A stretch of DNA of 63,542 bases, filler included, from Bipalium vagum (lineage: Eukaryota), in the NCBI GenBank assembly GCA_037834085.1. It is 3 parts of 3 records of this genome, joined end to end, with 100 filler letters (N's around TTAATTAATTAA, not from the genome) between each part and the next. Parts side by side here need not be neighbours in the genome. Positions count along the whole stretch, not along the records: positions 24,267 to 47,575 come from JBBMKC010210484.1; 2 more parts are not named here. One strand, given 5' to 3'. A program made the translations under genes and the position numbers. Shown piece by piece: positions 26,605-41,600 of the stretch. Each line of letters opens with the position of its first letter. The first letter of the stretch is position 1. The notes beneath the pieces were generated by a model. The model ran no database searches. It saw nothing but the letters and a program-made list of their open reading frames with translations, and was not told the origin of the DNA.

Positions 26605-29600
26605 TCATGAAGAGTTCATTTTATATTTTACAACTCCACAATTAGGAAATTTTGGCATTGATATAGAAATATCATCGATTGTTTCATTCTCTGAAACGAA
26701 AAGATCCCCCGTCATTGGCAGCAGTCGATATTTGGCCTGCTTTTTTGTTCCTCGCCGCCAGTAAACAATTAACAATATAATTGTGGCCAACATTATAACA
26801 CAACCAATTACTTGATAAAATATTGATTTTAATTTTTAAATTAATAATCATTAACTCACGTGATAAAGCAATAATAACGGCCTTTGGTGTGATCATTTCC
26901 AGAATATTTCTGTAGAAACTTTTCCGAGATTCTTTGGAACTAATACTGACCATGTTGACCGAATATGGTTTTAAATAGAACGTGTATGTTTTGTTATTAA
27001 CAGAAACTAATGCAGGTAAAATTGATTTTCGATTGAACCAGAACCAAAAATAGCCGGAAGTTGGATCAATGTTTACTTTAACAGAGCAATTAACAATGCA
27101 CAATGAATTATCGCTAATCGGAAGTTTGTACTTTTCCGCTATCTGACCCCGATAGAAAGCAATTTTCGAATTCTTTCCTAGAATTCAATCTCATCAAGAG
27201 CTCAGCTCACAAATTCAAAATAAAAAACAAACGTCATTTAAGATTTTTCACAAATTTTCTTTAAGAAATTCGAATAGAGATCAGTGTCTGCATCGGTTAT
27301 CACTTTGATGTTGTATTAATAATTTGAGAAATTATTTACATTTATTATTTAAAATATTTGAAACCAAAAAATAGACATGTTACAATAACGGATTAAATAA
27401 GTTGAGATCATAATCAATTTAATTTCAATTATGATTGAAATTTATTTTAATATGTAATGCACAAACGTTCCAGAAAGACATACAGATTTACAGTTCCAAA
27501 ATCGGTAGAGAACACAAAATCTTTAAAAATTCATAAATTGAATGATTATTAATAGATTTATGATTAGCTCGGCTGGTGGGAAATTTTTATGGAAATTAGA
27601 ACTTGAAAAACAAGAAACCAAACCAAAAATATTTTTCAAATTAAAATCACCACACCTTTGTATGCGATCGAACCAATTTTCAAATATGTTTTTCCATTCT
27701 GATTTGAAAATTTTAGATATCAATACCTCAAGCAACGAAAAGCACTCGTCGTGTAACTACTTTTTGATGATTGATTATAAAAAGAAGTCACGTGGTGTTA
27801 GTTAGTTAAATAGGAGCTGTGTCATTAATTTTACATTTTTGTGGCTAGGAAATCGGTGGTTTTAGCATTTAACATGAACTTCTTTTTCAGAATATATCAA
27901 ATTATATGAAACCCAACAACTGGAAAACTACCATACTTTCAAATGGTCAAATGATTTCAATTTTTTTCATGTCAATACAACCGGAAAGCCTTATAACAAA
28001 CTGTAATGTGTTATATTACAAATTTGATAGATAAAAATGGGTTAAAAACAGGTAAGAAAAAAAGATCCAAAAAACAAGAAAATGTAATTTTTAACAAAAA
28101 ATCGTAATTATATAATAATAATAGCATTCAAAATATTTCCTAATATGATTGCCATAAAATCAAATAATTTTAAATAAAAAACACGGATTTAATTCACTTT
28201 TTAAAAATTTATTTTAGGAAAATTATTCATTTATTAATTTAATTAAAATCTGCAATGAAAATAGATTTATAATAAAAATTAAATCGATAAATATACTAAT
28301 AAATATTTGATAAAATTGATTACATTTCATCGAAAAGTCAATCAATTATTATTATCACCGTCTCTCTCCTGTTTGAAGTTTTGGAGTCTCAACTCTCCTT
28401 ATAAATTTATTAAACAAAGGAAATTTGTTATAGATTATTTTACATAATTTTAAGATTACTTAATTGAAACATCTTTTCCAGGAAATTTACAATTGTCTTC
28501 GACATATGTTCTGCTTGATGATGAGAACTATTGACTGACGATTGGTTCCAGCAGCAGTTAGCATTAATGGCTGATAAAGCAATCGTTATATCAATTGAAG
28601 TTTGACCGGAATTCATTTTCTGATGTCTTTTCCCAATATCCAGTTTTTGAGAAATCAATTGTGACAACGAAAATTGATTGTTCGTGTTTCGCTGGTAACA
28701 GCCAATGGAATTCCGAATCTCCTCCAGTCCGACGGAATTCAAGTTTTGATAAAACCTTTTAATGTCCGGATATTGGTCTGCAATCAATGATCAATTAATG
28801 GATATAAATTTCACTGTTGGAACTGGTTTCTACCAATTGTCGACGGAAGCTGCAACCATTGATTTGTATCTGGTGTCAAGAGAATTGTGAGAACGGTTTG
28901 AGGCTGTACCGTGATTAAGTGGTCGAATTCTTCGATTTTGATCATGTCCTATCGAATCAATTAATAAATTTTCAAAGAAAAAATGGTTAAAGAAAATTAC
29001 AATCGATTTATGACACTTGTCGTTGGAAGGAGTTTGGGAATTTGGATCAATTAACAAGTTGAATTCAATAACAGCTTTCGACAAAATTCCGTTTGGCCCA
29101 ACCAATTTTGGATTTAATTTCGATTTTTCCTCACACAATTTATCAATAATTGCTACCATTATCTTGATCGCACTATCGGAATATCGATCAAGATCTGATA
29201 TCAAAACAATAACTGGTACTGATTTTTTAGTCTTTCTTTCATCGATTACAAATTTGTAACCAACATTCTACTTATTGAATTCAAGATAAATTATATCAGT
29301 AAAATTGACTTTCCACCAACCTCAGACACCAAAGACGTTTTAGTTGAAAATTTCCCACAGTTGTCATCTTCTAACTTCATTAAAAAATTCTTCAAGTTAA
29401 TTGGACTAATTTCCAGCAATTTTTTGAAATAAAAATTCACAAAGGGAATTCTAGTTCTCGCTTGCTGAGGATATTCTTCAAGACTTGGAATTGTGAACGA
29501 TTTACTCACCGGAAGGTAAAAAGTTTCATTAAGTAAATCGATTCTATAGGAACCTGAAACGAAAAAGATTACATTTTTATTGAAAAACCTCTGAAAGGTT

Positions 29601-32600
29601 TTGTCTTGCCTGGTGTCAGGATTGTGCAATAAGAGGAAGACGAAGAATCTTTTGTTTTTGCAACAATCAATGATTGAACAACTTCATTACTGGTACTCTG
29701 CAAAATATTGAGTTGAAAATAGTCACGTCTAGTACTGGAGACCATCAATTTTCGTGGAGAATTTTGAACTGTTCCACAAACGGTCACTATAATAAACAAA
29801 CCTAGCGTCTGTCACAATTCGATAACAAACACAAACATGAATCCAATGTATCCAATAAAGCGTTGAAACTATTGAAAACTAGTGACCAAGCCAGGAATGT
29901 ATCGATCTCTGATAAACTCTGGACATTACAACAACCAGTATAGATAATAAAGCTGGAAACATTTTTTGATTGCAACAAGGAAATAAAAGGATAAATATCT
30001 GAAAAAATAATTTGTGAACTTTAGAACTATTTATTGATAAACAATTAAAATTTCACACGATAGATATCTTTTATCTTTACTATTTATTTCGTTTTTAATT
30101 ATCTTATAAAGAAGACATTACTTATGATTCACAATAATAGAAACTACAGTGGAACCTCTATATAACGGCAGTTTGGTCCGGTCCGGCAAAAATTTAGATA
30201 ATTCAACATAAAAATAACTTTATATAACGACAATTTTTAAAAACAAATGTTACATATTTATTGGGTTGATTCATTTTTTCGTGCGTTTTTAATGAAAATA
30301 TTATGCATGTTTTAGAGATAAGAATTTAGCAATCAAAAAAATGTTATTCAGAAAAATAAAGACCATTATGTTCAACTGTCTTAATCCAACAATGTCCAAG
30401 TTGTTCGATGCCACTCCGGTACATGCTTTATGTTTGGAAAGGAAAAATTCACAACATCCATTTTCAACCTATTCTATATTCTCAAACTGTCGTCCTCTAA
30501 GGAAATAAGCCATTGATAGGTAAAGGTGGTAATCACTGGGTGTTAGATCTGAACTAAATACAGGATGTGGTAAAATTTCAATTCCTTCTAATTGGATAAT
30601 CTTATTTTGCATTACTTGCGCAGTACGTGGACGAGCATTATCCTGTTGCTGAAGCACCCGCTTTCCGTTGACTAAAGAAGATATTTTATGACTAATTGTT
30701 GGTACATCCGATCTAGTTGAGCAGAATATAACTCAGCAGTAATGGTTTGACCATCTGGAAGTACTTCGAAGTGTATAATCCCCTCAAATTTCCAACACAC
30801 GCACAGCATGATCTTTTTTCCGAACCTATTTTGTTTTGGAACAATCCTTAGGCTTCTGGCCTGGTTCCAACCATTGATTTCTCCTGTTCGGATTATAAAA
30901 TATATCCATTTTTCTTCGCATGCGACTATGCGACGTATAAAGCGTTCATCATTTGGATTATTTAATAATTGACAACAGATCGACGGCGTTCAGCTTGACG
31001 GCGTCAAATCATGCGGTACTCCAGAAATGCGCTTGTATCGCTTGTTATGTTGATGTAGATGATGAACCACGGATGGTTGTGATTTTCCGTTTTCTCAGCC
31101 GACAATCTACGCGTACTATTTGATGGATTCATTTCTACGGCTTTGAGAATAGCTTCCGAATCTACAGTGTTGGGATGTCCACTGCGAGGATAATCATTGA
31201 GGCCCATGTCGCCCTTGTTGAATTTTTTAACCACTTTTGAGCAGTTCTTATGGACACTAATTTGTCGCCTTCAACTTCACATATTTTCTTTGCAGCATCT
31301 ATGGCTCTGAAATTCTGCTTCCAGAAATGTTTCAGAAGTATACGGATTGCTAATTTATCCATGCTTTTTTCTGAATAAATAAATATATATATATATACAA
31401 ACTACATATAACGTAATATATTTAAAAGTATCTTACACGTCTCTTTCTCAGCTTTCAAATGGTGTGCAACTTGTTAATATTTAAAAAAATAATATATTTA
31501 AAATTTGCTTTCAAAGTTTATACAGAAAAAACGCACAAACTTATGAATTAACCCAATAATTTAAAATTTCACTCTCCATAACAACACTTATTTTTAAAAA
31601 ATATTACATGTGTTTTAATATTTTAATAACTTCATAATGCCAAATTTAAAATCTAAAAATAGGTTTTAGTGAAAAACTTGAAATTATTGAAGCTTCCAAA
31701 ACAATTATCAACAACAGCGAATTAGCTAAGAAATTTGACATCCCCTGAACAGCAATAATTGAAAATTTAAAATCAAAATATGAAATTAAAAATGCAATTC
31801 AATATGGCTCTGGACCCAGGTGCAAAAAAATAAGGCCTTGTCGTTTTAAAGATTTTGAAAATTGGATGTTAACGTAGTTCAGGCAAGTAAGAGCACAAAA
31901 TATTCCCAATTAATGGTCAATTTCTTCAATAAAAAGCGTGCGAAATGGCAACTGACATGAAAATAGATTTATTCCATGGCAGTAATAAATGGCTTGAAAA
32001 GTTTCTTAAAAAACATAGCATTATATTTAAATTAATCAAGGAGTCAGCATACATGGAGGAGCTTACTGTTTGGCGACAACATGATCTATAAGATGACTGA
32101 TCATAATATTCTGCAAATGATGTTTTTAATGATGATGAAACTGCTTTCTTTTGGAAAGAAATACCGAAAAAACATTGGCATTTAAAGGTGAACGATTTAC
32201 AAATGATAAAGTAAGTAAATATTGGCACTGAAAAAGAAATCCTCGTTTTTTCAAAAACTCATTACGGCCTATTCAATACAGAGTCAAGTTTCGAATTTGT
32301 TTGAAGAATGGCTCACAATTTCGGACAAGAAAATGCAAAGAAAAGAGAGAAGTGTTTTACTGTTCATAGACAATTGCTCAACACAGTTCAAAAATTCAAT
32401 TAAAATGCATAAAATTGAAATATTTTTGTCAAATACAACTAGTGAAGCACAGCCGATGGACCAAGAAATAATAAAAAATTTGAAAGTGCATTTTAATTAT
32501 ATTGCACCAATCGATATCGAAAAACCATTCGTAATAAATTTTCTTGATGCATTATATCTTCTTGAACAATCTTGAAACTCAGGTCCATATAAACAATTCA

Positions 32601-35600
32601 GAATTGTTTTGTAAAAGCTAAATTTATTCTTCAGGTTTAATATATGAAGTGCAAGAAGTTTTTGATAAAGAAGGAATTAAATGCTCTGGCAATTTTTAAA
32701 GAAGTTAATAGATAGATGATTAAATTAGCTTAGGCGATTATATCTCATTAGATCAACAGATAGCTACAGATGGAATATCGTCTTTGAAAGATACTGCTAC
32801 ATCTATAATAGTGAATAGTATTGATGATGGAGAGTGAACCTGAACTAGTCACAAGTTCAAATGAAAAAGTAAGCCAGACATGGTATATTTTGCGACGTTT
32901 TCTAAAAAAAATGAGAATGATCCAGCCATTTTGAAAATATGTTATAAAATTAATGACATAATGGACAAAATTCGGTTGAAGAATTTGAAACAAAAAAATG
33001 TTTGAATATCAAATAAATAAGCTGTAATATGATGTTATTTTTTTGGTTATTTTAATTGTAAAATATAATAATGTTTAATTTTTATCAACTGAGTGATTGT
33101 GTAATCAAAATTGCAAACCTCTATATAACGACAGTTTGGCCGTTCCCGAGGGGTGTCGTTATAAAGAGGTTTAATTGTATTAAAAATATTTTTAATTTTA
33201 AATTCAAAAAAATTAAATAATGTCATTTATAATTAATAATATATAATACATATTATAAAAAATGTTAATTATAAAATAAAAGAAATAATACATTAATATA
33301 ATAATTAATATATTAATAAATATTTAAGACAAATTAATAAGCGTAATATTAATTTATAAATATTTAAAACTTAAAATATAATAAAATAATTTTTAAGAAT
33401 TCAAAAGAAGTGAAAATTTTATTGTGATAATTTAATTTACTCAAAAAATTGAAAATGTATCCTTTAAAGTTTAAAATATTTAACTATGAAAGTCGCCAAT
33501 AAAACGGAGACACTACTGGATAGGAGTTTAGAAAATAATGCCTAGCCTTTATAATTTGAAAGTCAAAATTGTTACGTTATCATAGAGATCGCGGATGTGT
33601 TAACAAAAAAATTGTTGAAAGGATTTTGTCGAAATGAAAATTTAAAAATTTGAAATTGTCGGAAATAGAGAAGATCTTATCAAATCAAAGGCTAGAGTTC
33701 AAAAGAGCCGGTTTGATCAAATAAGCACTTTAAAGAGACCACTTGATTCAGTGTTAAGACAAGATATAAGACAAAGGACGCAACCTGCATAGGAGCAAGT
33801 AAAGACTAGGGTAGATTTCTTTTTGTACAAAACTTTTGACACAAATTGAGACGGAGTTTTCAAATTAAATATAGAAATAAAAATAAATACTTTTTTAATT
33901 TAAGTAATACCAATTATTTTAATGAAACACAATTTATTGATAATATAAGGATACTTTAAATATGAAATTTAATCAATATAAAATTTTATCAAAATTTCAA
34001 AAACAAAAAAAGAAATAGAAAATTCTTTATCGCCTTAACAATTTACAAACAGTTTAATAATATCTCCGTTTTTTATCGATTAATTTACCAAAATTTTTGG
34101 TTTAACTTCCTTCAAAAATGATCGATTTTGAAATATGAGGAGTGAAGTAGGAATGGTAAAATTATTGTTTTAATGAAGTTTTAAATGATTTTATAATGAT
34201 TACAGAACCAACACCTGTCAAAATTATTTAGTCAAACTTTCCATGGATAAGAGACTTAAATAGTCAGCTAAGTTAACCGTTACATTGATTGCAGATTAAC
34301 ATAGCAATCACTAATGTTATCACTAAGTTTTAGTTATTATTCAACAGATTTTATTAAAAGTAATTTCAAAATAAATATCTCCAAGTTACATTGACAATAA
34401 ATAGTGAAAATAAATAAATAAACAAAATACCACTTGGTTCATTTGACTTGCAACTTTTATTTAAAAGTTCATGGTCAAAGTGAGTGAAAACAAATTCATT
34501 ATATCGGTTTAATAAAAGAGAAAATCCAGTTTGAGAAATATCCCTAATAAAAATTTCTCCATATCCGATTTTCTTTCCGTTCGGAAATGGTATGGTCAAA
34601 ATTGGATTTACTTTCTCAATGATCCGATCAAAGTATTTAGAAATCTGTGATTAGATTCTTTTTCAATCAGTAAAAAATTTATAAAATATTACTTTTCTAT
34701 CTTTATTATATGGAGAGCACTTGTTCGGTGATTGGTAAAATGTCTGATTCCTTTCGTCAATTACCATAGAAAAACAAATATCAATGCTGCGAAGTATACG
34801 TAAAATACTTGAATGGTTACCGTTGAATTCTAGATTTAGAAAAAATTTATTATTACTTTATTTATTTATTTTTAAATTTTAAGTCTTCAAAATATCATAC
34901 CTCAAAAAACAATTCACAACAATTATAGAAAATAAAAGGAGATATTAAAAAATCCTTCATATTTCAATATAATTTCCTATTGGTTTTAAGAAATTAATAA
35001 TAATAAACTTTATACCAATAATAAACTTAAAATAAAAATAAGTGTTATGATATTCTATAAACATTTGATTAATAAATATTGATTAACAGATATTTCATAA
35101 ATGTGAAACAATTAATTTGATAATTGACAGAATTGATTAAATTTATAAAATTGCATGAAATTGTAATCATAAATAAATAGTGCAATAAATTTCCAAAACG
35201 AACAAAATCCATAAATTAATATTAAAAATAATTAACTTTTGTGAGTGAATTTTATTGTACTATTTTTGATTAAATTTCTTAATTTCTCATGTCAACCAAT
35301 GTTCATAAGCTTTCAGAGAATAATTAATATCGAAAAGATTCTGAAACATCACCAAAAGAAAATTCCCGGGATCTATTTCCATAATTCGGAATTTTTTTCA
35401 TTTTGATAAAAAGGAAACAACTTTCTTTCGCTTCAGATTACCATTCTCTTTTGGGTAATCTAAAAAGAAAAACTGTACTTGACTGTTACATACAATCCAG
35501 CCAGGTTTTGTCTTCAATTTTCGTCACATAGCGTACCATCACTAATAAAGACAGAACATAAATCAATATCGAAAATGTGCATGAAATGTTTTCTAATGTT

Positions 35601-38600
35601 GTGCTAGTTCGCAAGTTTTATATGATTTCTCTGTTTTTGTGTTACATGTATAATATTTTCTGAAAAATTATCTTCCATGAAAATTTTTGGTACGCATGAT
35701 AATCCTTTATTTGCAACTAAGCAGCCATAAATGATTAATTATTGAAGAGAACGACATTTTATCAAAAAATTGAAAAGAAAGTATATGTTATTGATTATTT
35801 ATAAAAATTATTTTCTAAGTGTTACACTAATTAAAATAATGACTTTGTCGATTATAAATTATAAATTATTATATTGTTTCTTTTATTATTTGAAATTACC
35901 AATAATACTTTTACTTTCAATATATTGTTCCACAATACGAAGAATTAATTCTAATCCCATTGTATCACCGTTGGCACCAACATTTCCAAGTAACAAGATT
36001 CTCTTTAACTTTTTGATACTTTCACTCTGTAGACATGCATCCAGTCCTATAAGTTTTTCAGAAATAGTGATCTTTGTGAATCCTTTCACAATAGTTGGGT
36101 ATTTTTTATTTAATTCATTAAACTTTTTCAAAATGAGACTCTGAATCTGAGAGGATTTGTTACCATAATTATTTTGCAAAAAATCCTTTAATGGACTTCC
36201 TCCAGTTGTGTTTTTTATTATATTCCAATTTCTTTTCGTTGCTAAGCTATTAGCATGAATTTCAATCAATCCAGACTGAGAAAGATATCTGAAAACACAC
36301 AATTAAATCATATGAACGAATATATTGTCAAGAATTGAAAATAACAACAAAGATTATTGTAATTTTCATTTTAAAATTTTTGACTTTTACTGATTTTATT
36401 TAATAAAATTCAATGATAATTAATAATTAAATTCAATTTATATGATACAGGAAAATACAAAAAATAATATTCTTAAAGGAGAAAAGTAATATTTAATTAA
36501 AAATTATAACACCCAAAAGATTTTTAAAAATCAATAAAGAAAATTCTAATAAGAAAATTTGTATTGATTATCTTAATAATGTTGATAAATTTAAAAATAA
36601 ACAAATTAAAAATGTAAATCAGAAAGTAGTAAAGATTTTAATATTCCTTAATTTTTAAAAAATGAAAACAACGAGTTCCAAAATGTTAAAAATATGATTT
36701 TTTTTCAATAAACTTCAAAGACCTACTTCAAAGTACACTATTAAAAATGATTAAGGATATGTCACACAATATAAAATCTTATCAATAAATTTTCTCATTA
36801 ATATTTTTAAAATTTTGTTTTATTATTATCTGTCAACTATAGATTTCTAGAAAAAGCATGCTTGACTTTTTACGAAAAAATAAAAATAATTATTACTATT
36901 ATTATGCATTCTAATGTATAAAATTGCACTTAATCTTTTAAACTGTCTTAAAATTATGTTAATGAAATTTTTAAAACTAAATTGAAATTCTGCATTAAAA
37001 AAAGACCTTTATCTATTATTTTGGGGAGAACAAAACAATAAATTATAAACTTCAAGATAACGAAGTGTTTTTATTGGAAAATCGATTAGATTAGAGTAAA
37101 ATCACGAAACATTAATAAACCGGTATTAGAAAGGCTGATTTTTAAAACAAAAACTATTAGCGAAAGAGAAAATTTCCCTTCATAATTCTTAATGGGCTTT
37201 AACTTTGATAAAAATTGAAATATCAATTTTTTTTAAAATCATCTTTTTCGGTATCCATTTTCTGAATCAAATTTAAAATAAAAAATTAGTCAATAAATAT
37301 TATAATTAAAAATCTATAAAAAGCCACACAGTTATTAATTATTAAACAATTAAAAAAATTTTTATAAACTCGAATTATTTGCTACATGGTGATACAAAAG
37401 TCCATGCTCAAAAATATATATTTATTTATTTAAAAAGAAAACACTATTCTTTAAATAAAAATATTTAAAAACAAAGTCCATGAGCTTCTATGATTTTACG
37501 CCACCGATCTGCTAACATTTTTATCTAGTCAAAGTACCAATTTCTTTGTTTTGATTCGAAAAATCCTTTGCAAGCCACTTCGATTTCAGCTCCAGATTCA
37601 AATAGGCGTCCTCTGAGAAAGTGTTGCATGGATCAAAACAACCCATAATCAGATGGTGCAGTATCAGGACTGTAGGAAGCATGGAACAAGATCTCTACTC
37701 CTTCCATGTTTTCAATTTTTTCTTTTGTTATCCGAGCATTGTGTGGCTTGGGGCATTGTCCTGGTGAAAATTCCCGCTTTCGGATACTTAAGCTTAAGGC
37801 CACCATAAACACGATCAAGCTGCTGGAAATAAAGCTCTGTATTCCACCTTCAATAACCTTCCGATAAACCTGGATTTAACGTGCGACTGAAGGCTGATAT
37901 TGGTCTCTTGGAACCAACCGTTTTTCTCGGTTATGATTGACTAAGTATATCCACTTTAAATCTGATGTAACAATACGCCTCCAAAAGCGATCATCTAGCT
38001 AGTTCTCAAGTAGCTTTTGGAACACATCAACTCTGTTCCTCGGTTGATCTACACTTAGGTAGTGTGGATCTTGTTGTAGTTTTTTGTAAATAAAATCGAT
38101 TAAATGTCTCAGAACAGTTGTTTGATGTATTTGATGTACTCCAATATTTACAATTAAATCGTGTGAACTTGAAGAAGGGTTGTTTTTCAAGGATGTAATC
38201 AACTCATTATCCATCTATGAAGGACGACCTAAGTGTGGCTTGTCGTCAAGGTTCAAATCTCCATTATTGAAGCACTTTAACCACTTAGCAGCAATCCTCT
38301 GAGCAACAATTCCTTCACCTTCAAACTCGCATATTTCCTTGCAAGCATCCCTCGTACTCAAGCCACTTTTCCAATAGTGGCGCAATAAAACTCATCTCAA
38401 ACTATGTAAAATTCATCTTAATCACAAGATTTGAAAAAAATTATTTATTTAAATTCAAAAACATACCGTAAATATTTCAATATTTAAAAAAATGATAAAT
38501 TGGTACTTAAATAAAATTATATATTTTAAACATAAAATGTTAGTAATACATTTTGAAAAAACGGTAAAACCATATTTGGAATGTAAAATTTCTTTAAAAG

Positions 38601-41600
38601 ATTTTTTTGAGAATGAAATTTTTCATCACCCTAGTAAAACTAAAGATAATTACTCAATTAAATCAATATGTATGATTGTTATGTTTAGAGAATAAAACCA
38701 AACAATAATGACTTCAATTGTCCATTCAAACTATTCTCAGGCATAAAATGTCTGTCAATTTTTTTCTGAAAAAATCATGGTTCTTATTCTTTGCTTTTCA
38801 TAGGCAAAAAATTGCAAAACATTAAAAATTCGTTTTTTAATGTAGGAGTAATATAAGAATTAATATTAAGTTTATTTAAGTTATTAAGAATGTTATATAA
38901 ACATTTTTTTTCATTTAACCTGAAAAAATAAATATATAAGACGAAAGTGATTTTTCAAAAATATTTACTTACAATGTTTAAAGTCAATAATAGAATATGC
39001 CTAAAATTCAATGTAGATTGAGAGAAAATTTGCATTTACCAATATTACGATTTAAAATTACATTTCAATATTGATATTTTATAAAAATTCTAAAACATGA
39101 AAAATTGATAAATGAAAACATTAATAAGAATATTAGTTATTTTTATACTTCAATAAACTTACATAATACCAATAATAAAGCAAATCACATTTGATAATTA
39201 ATGAATTCTTCTTAATTTCATTTATTATTATAATAAATTAAATTATAATATCATGAGGTCGTTAAGAAATAATAATAAAATATTAATAATTCTCCTAAAA
39301 AATATAAAATTACATTGATCTTCAAAATTTAATTCCTATCATATTTTCAAATACAAATATTTTATTCACATTACCTACCGGTTTTATTTAATCATGAATA
39401 AATCAGTAGATTAATCTCCATTATAAAAATTACAAAGGATTTACGTATAAAGAATATTAATCAGAATTTAAGACATTGAAAGTGAAAAAAAAATTCATTC
39501 AGTATATTTAATTTATATTAGACCACTTTGCATCGATGACAAGTCGATCGAGTTCAATGTTTCCTTCAATTTAATATTATCCAAATAAAATATAATCAAA
39601 AGTTTTTTTCTCTCAAAAATGTTTTTATTACCACAACTATTCTTTCCAGAACCTTCGTATTGATAGTGTGGTATGAATTTTTGGTTCATAGATTTTGCAT
39701 GTTTATTAAACCAGTTTACTTGACATACAATTAAGAACTGGGATCCAGAAGAAGAATAATATTGACCTTCGAAACCTGTCCTTCATAGCAAGACATGGTT
39801 TTTGGTCAAATATTATTCTATCTTACAAATTCTCTCTTCATTTTATGGTTCACAATCTCAAATAAATAATGACTCCTTCATCTTTAAAGCCACTTATTGA
39901 AGATTCGGATCAACTGCCAATAATAAGTTACTGAGAAAAATTCTATAAAATTTAAAAATCAAAACTGGATCTAAATTTTCACGTAATGCTTTTTTATTAT
40001 TTTAATGTATTTCATTATTATAAGGTGTTCCATAAATGACTTTAATACTTTAAATGCCCGTAAATCTGAAGTCTTTTGTTTATAAGTTAAAATTTGGAAC
40101 TTGACAATTTGAATCACGTACAAATCTAAAAATACCAAGCCTTTCACAAGATCAATGCATTCATATAATACAAATGTTTTACGGAAATCATCAAACTGCA
40201 CCAGAAACTTCTAATAAAAAATTGAGATATTTTGGGGGCATCCAAGCGTCCGAGCGTGCAGGTGATTCATATCGAAGTTTTAAAAATTGAGGAAACTGGC
40301 TCTGTCCACCATAAACCAGATCCCGGAAAACCGAAAGCTGTAATTTCTGGTGAAAATATCGCAGTTGATAAGGAATATTGATGTGAGTTGGCCATCAAGA
40401 ACGTTTGACCTCACAGCTTTAGACATTTTTACTCTGAAGCCATTTGAAAGGTTGACTGTTAATCAACAAACCAGCAACCATTTCGGACCTAAAGAAAATT
40501 TTCGAACTACCATAAGAGAAATTGATGACTATATTATTGAAAATGCCAGACGAGATTTCTATCATTAAGTTGACGTGTGCCATCACAGCGGTGGTGGAAT
40601 TCTCAAAGATATTATTTTTCATATTTAATTGTACTTAATGTAACTTTAGTTTATTATAAAAGCATAAAAATTTATTTTCAGCTTACCTTTTTAAAAGGAA
40701 AAATATCATTCATGGAACACCGTGTATTATTATTAATTATATATTTATAGTAATTTTTGAGAACTTATTGATGAAGGTAAATTTTAATTTATTTATTGAA
40801 ATATAGATTTTTATTCTGAAACTTAAACATACCCATCTTTCTTGACTTCAACAAAGTATTTCCCCGGTGCCAAAAGTCTCCAATAATCTCCGTCTAGAGC
40901 CGAATATACTGGATGGTGTATATCCTTGATGTTTATACTAGCATTGGCAATCGGTTGTAAACTATCTCCATCATATACAAACCCTTTTAATCCTGTATGG
41001 ATTTGGGTCATAAAATTAAGGAGAGAATATTTGTTTTTGTCCCAGTAGCTTTTTAGTAGTTCTTTTCGGGGAAACTTTTTACAACTTACTTCAATTGTTA
41101 TTTCAAAACAATTTGTATTCATATAATTCCAATCTTGCATGCCACCCGTGACAGGATACCAGTTAGCACCGTTTGTAATACCATCTTTAAAACTTTCAGT
41201 GTCATTATCACAAGGAAAGCCGGTCTTCATTCCTTTATGTGCCTTTATTGAATAAGATTATAAATTAATTTATTTATAATTTTATTATTTTTTATATATC
41301 TTGTGTTTTAGAAAAATAATGCTGGTTTAATTCATAGATTTTTAACTGCATGAAACTTGGATCTATTACTAGAAACCCTAAATAAAAAAGCCAATGTAGT
41401 TGTCTTATTTTATTCCATCAGCAAAGGAATAGATAAAATCATGATAAAATTTATGAATTTATATTATTCATTATTGGATTTCCATCAGATTTTCATCTAT
41501 ACCCAAATCTCAAAAATTTCCTTCGTGGAATCCGTTTCTCAACAAATTGTAACTTAATAGCAACTGTAGAGGAGTATTTCGAAAGTTTTAGGAAAATCAC

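Noticed and set aside
28440-29799. Chain of offset minus-strand ORFs suggesting programmed frameshifting or a variant genetic code
   Set aside because: Fully explained by 50-56 nt spliceosomal introns of the CPD gene.
35770-36144. Plus-strand 124-aa ORF and similar hydrophobic short ORFs (e.g. 21356, 44316, 54598, 59392)
   Set aside because: Antisense shadows of real exons or AT-rich low-complexity chance ORFs.
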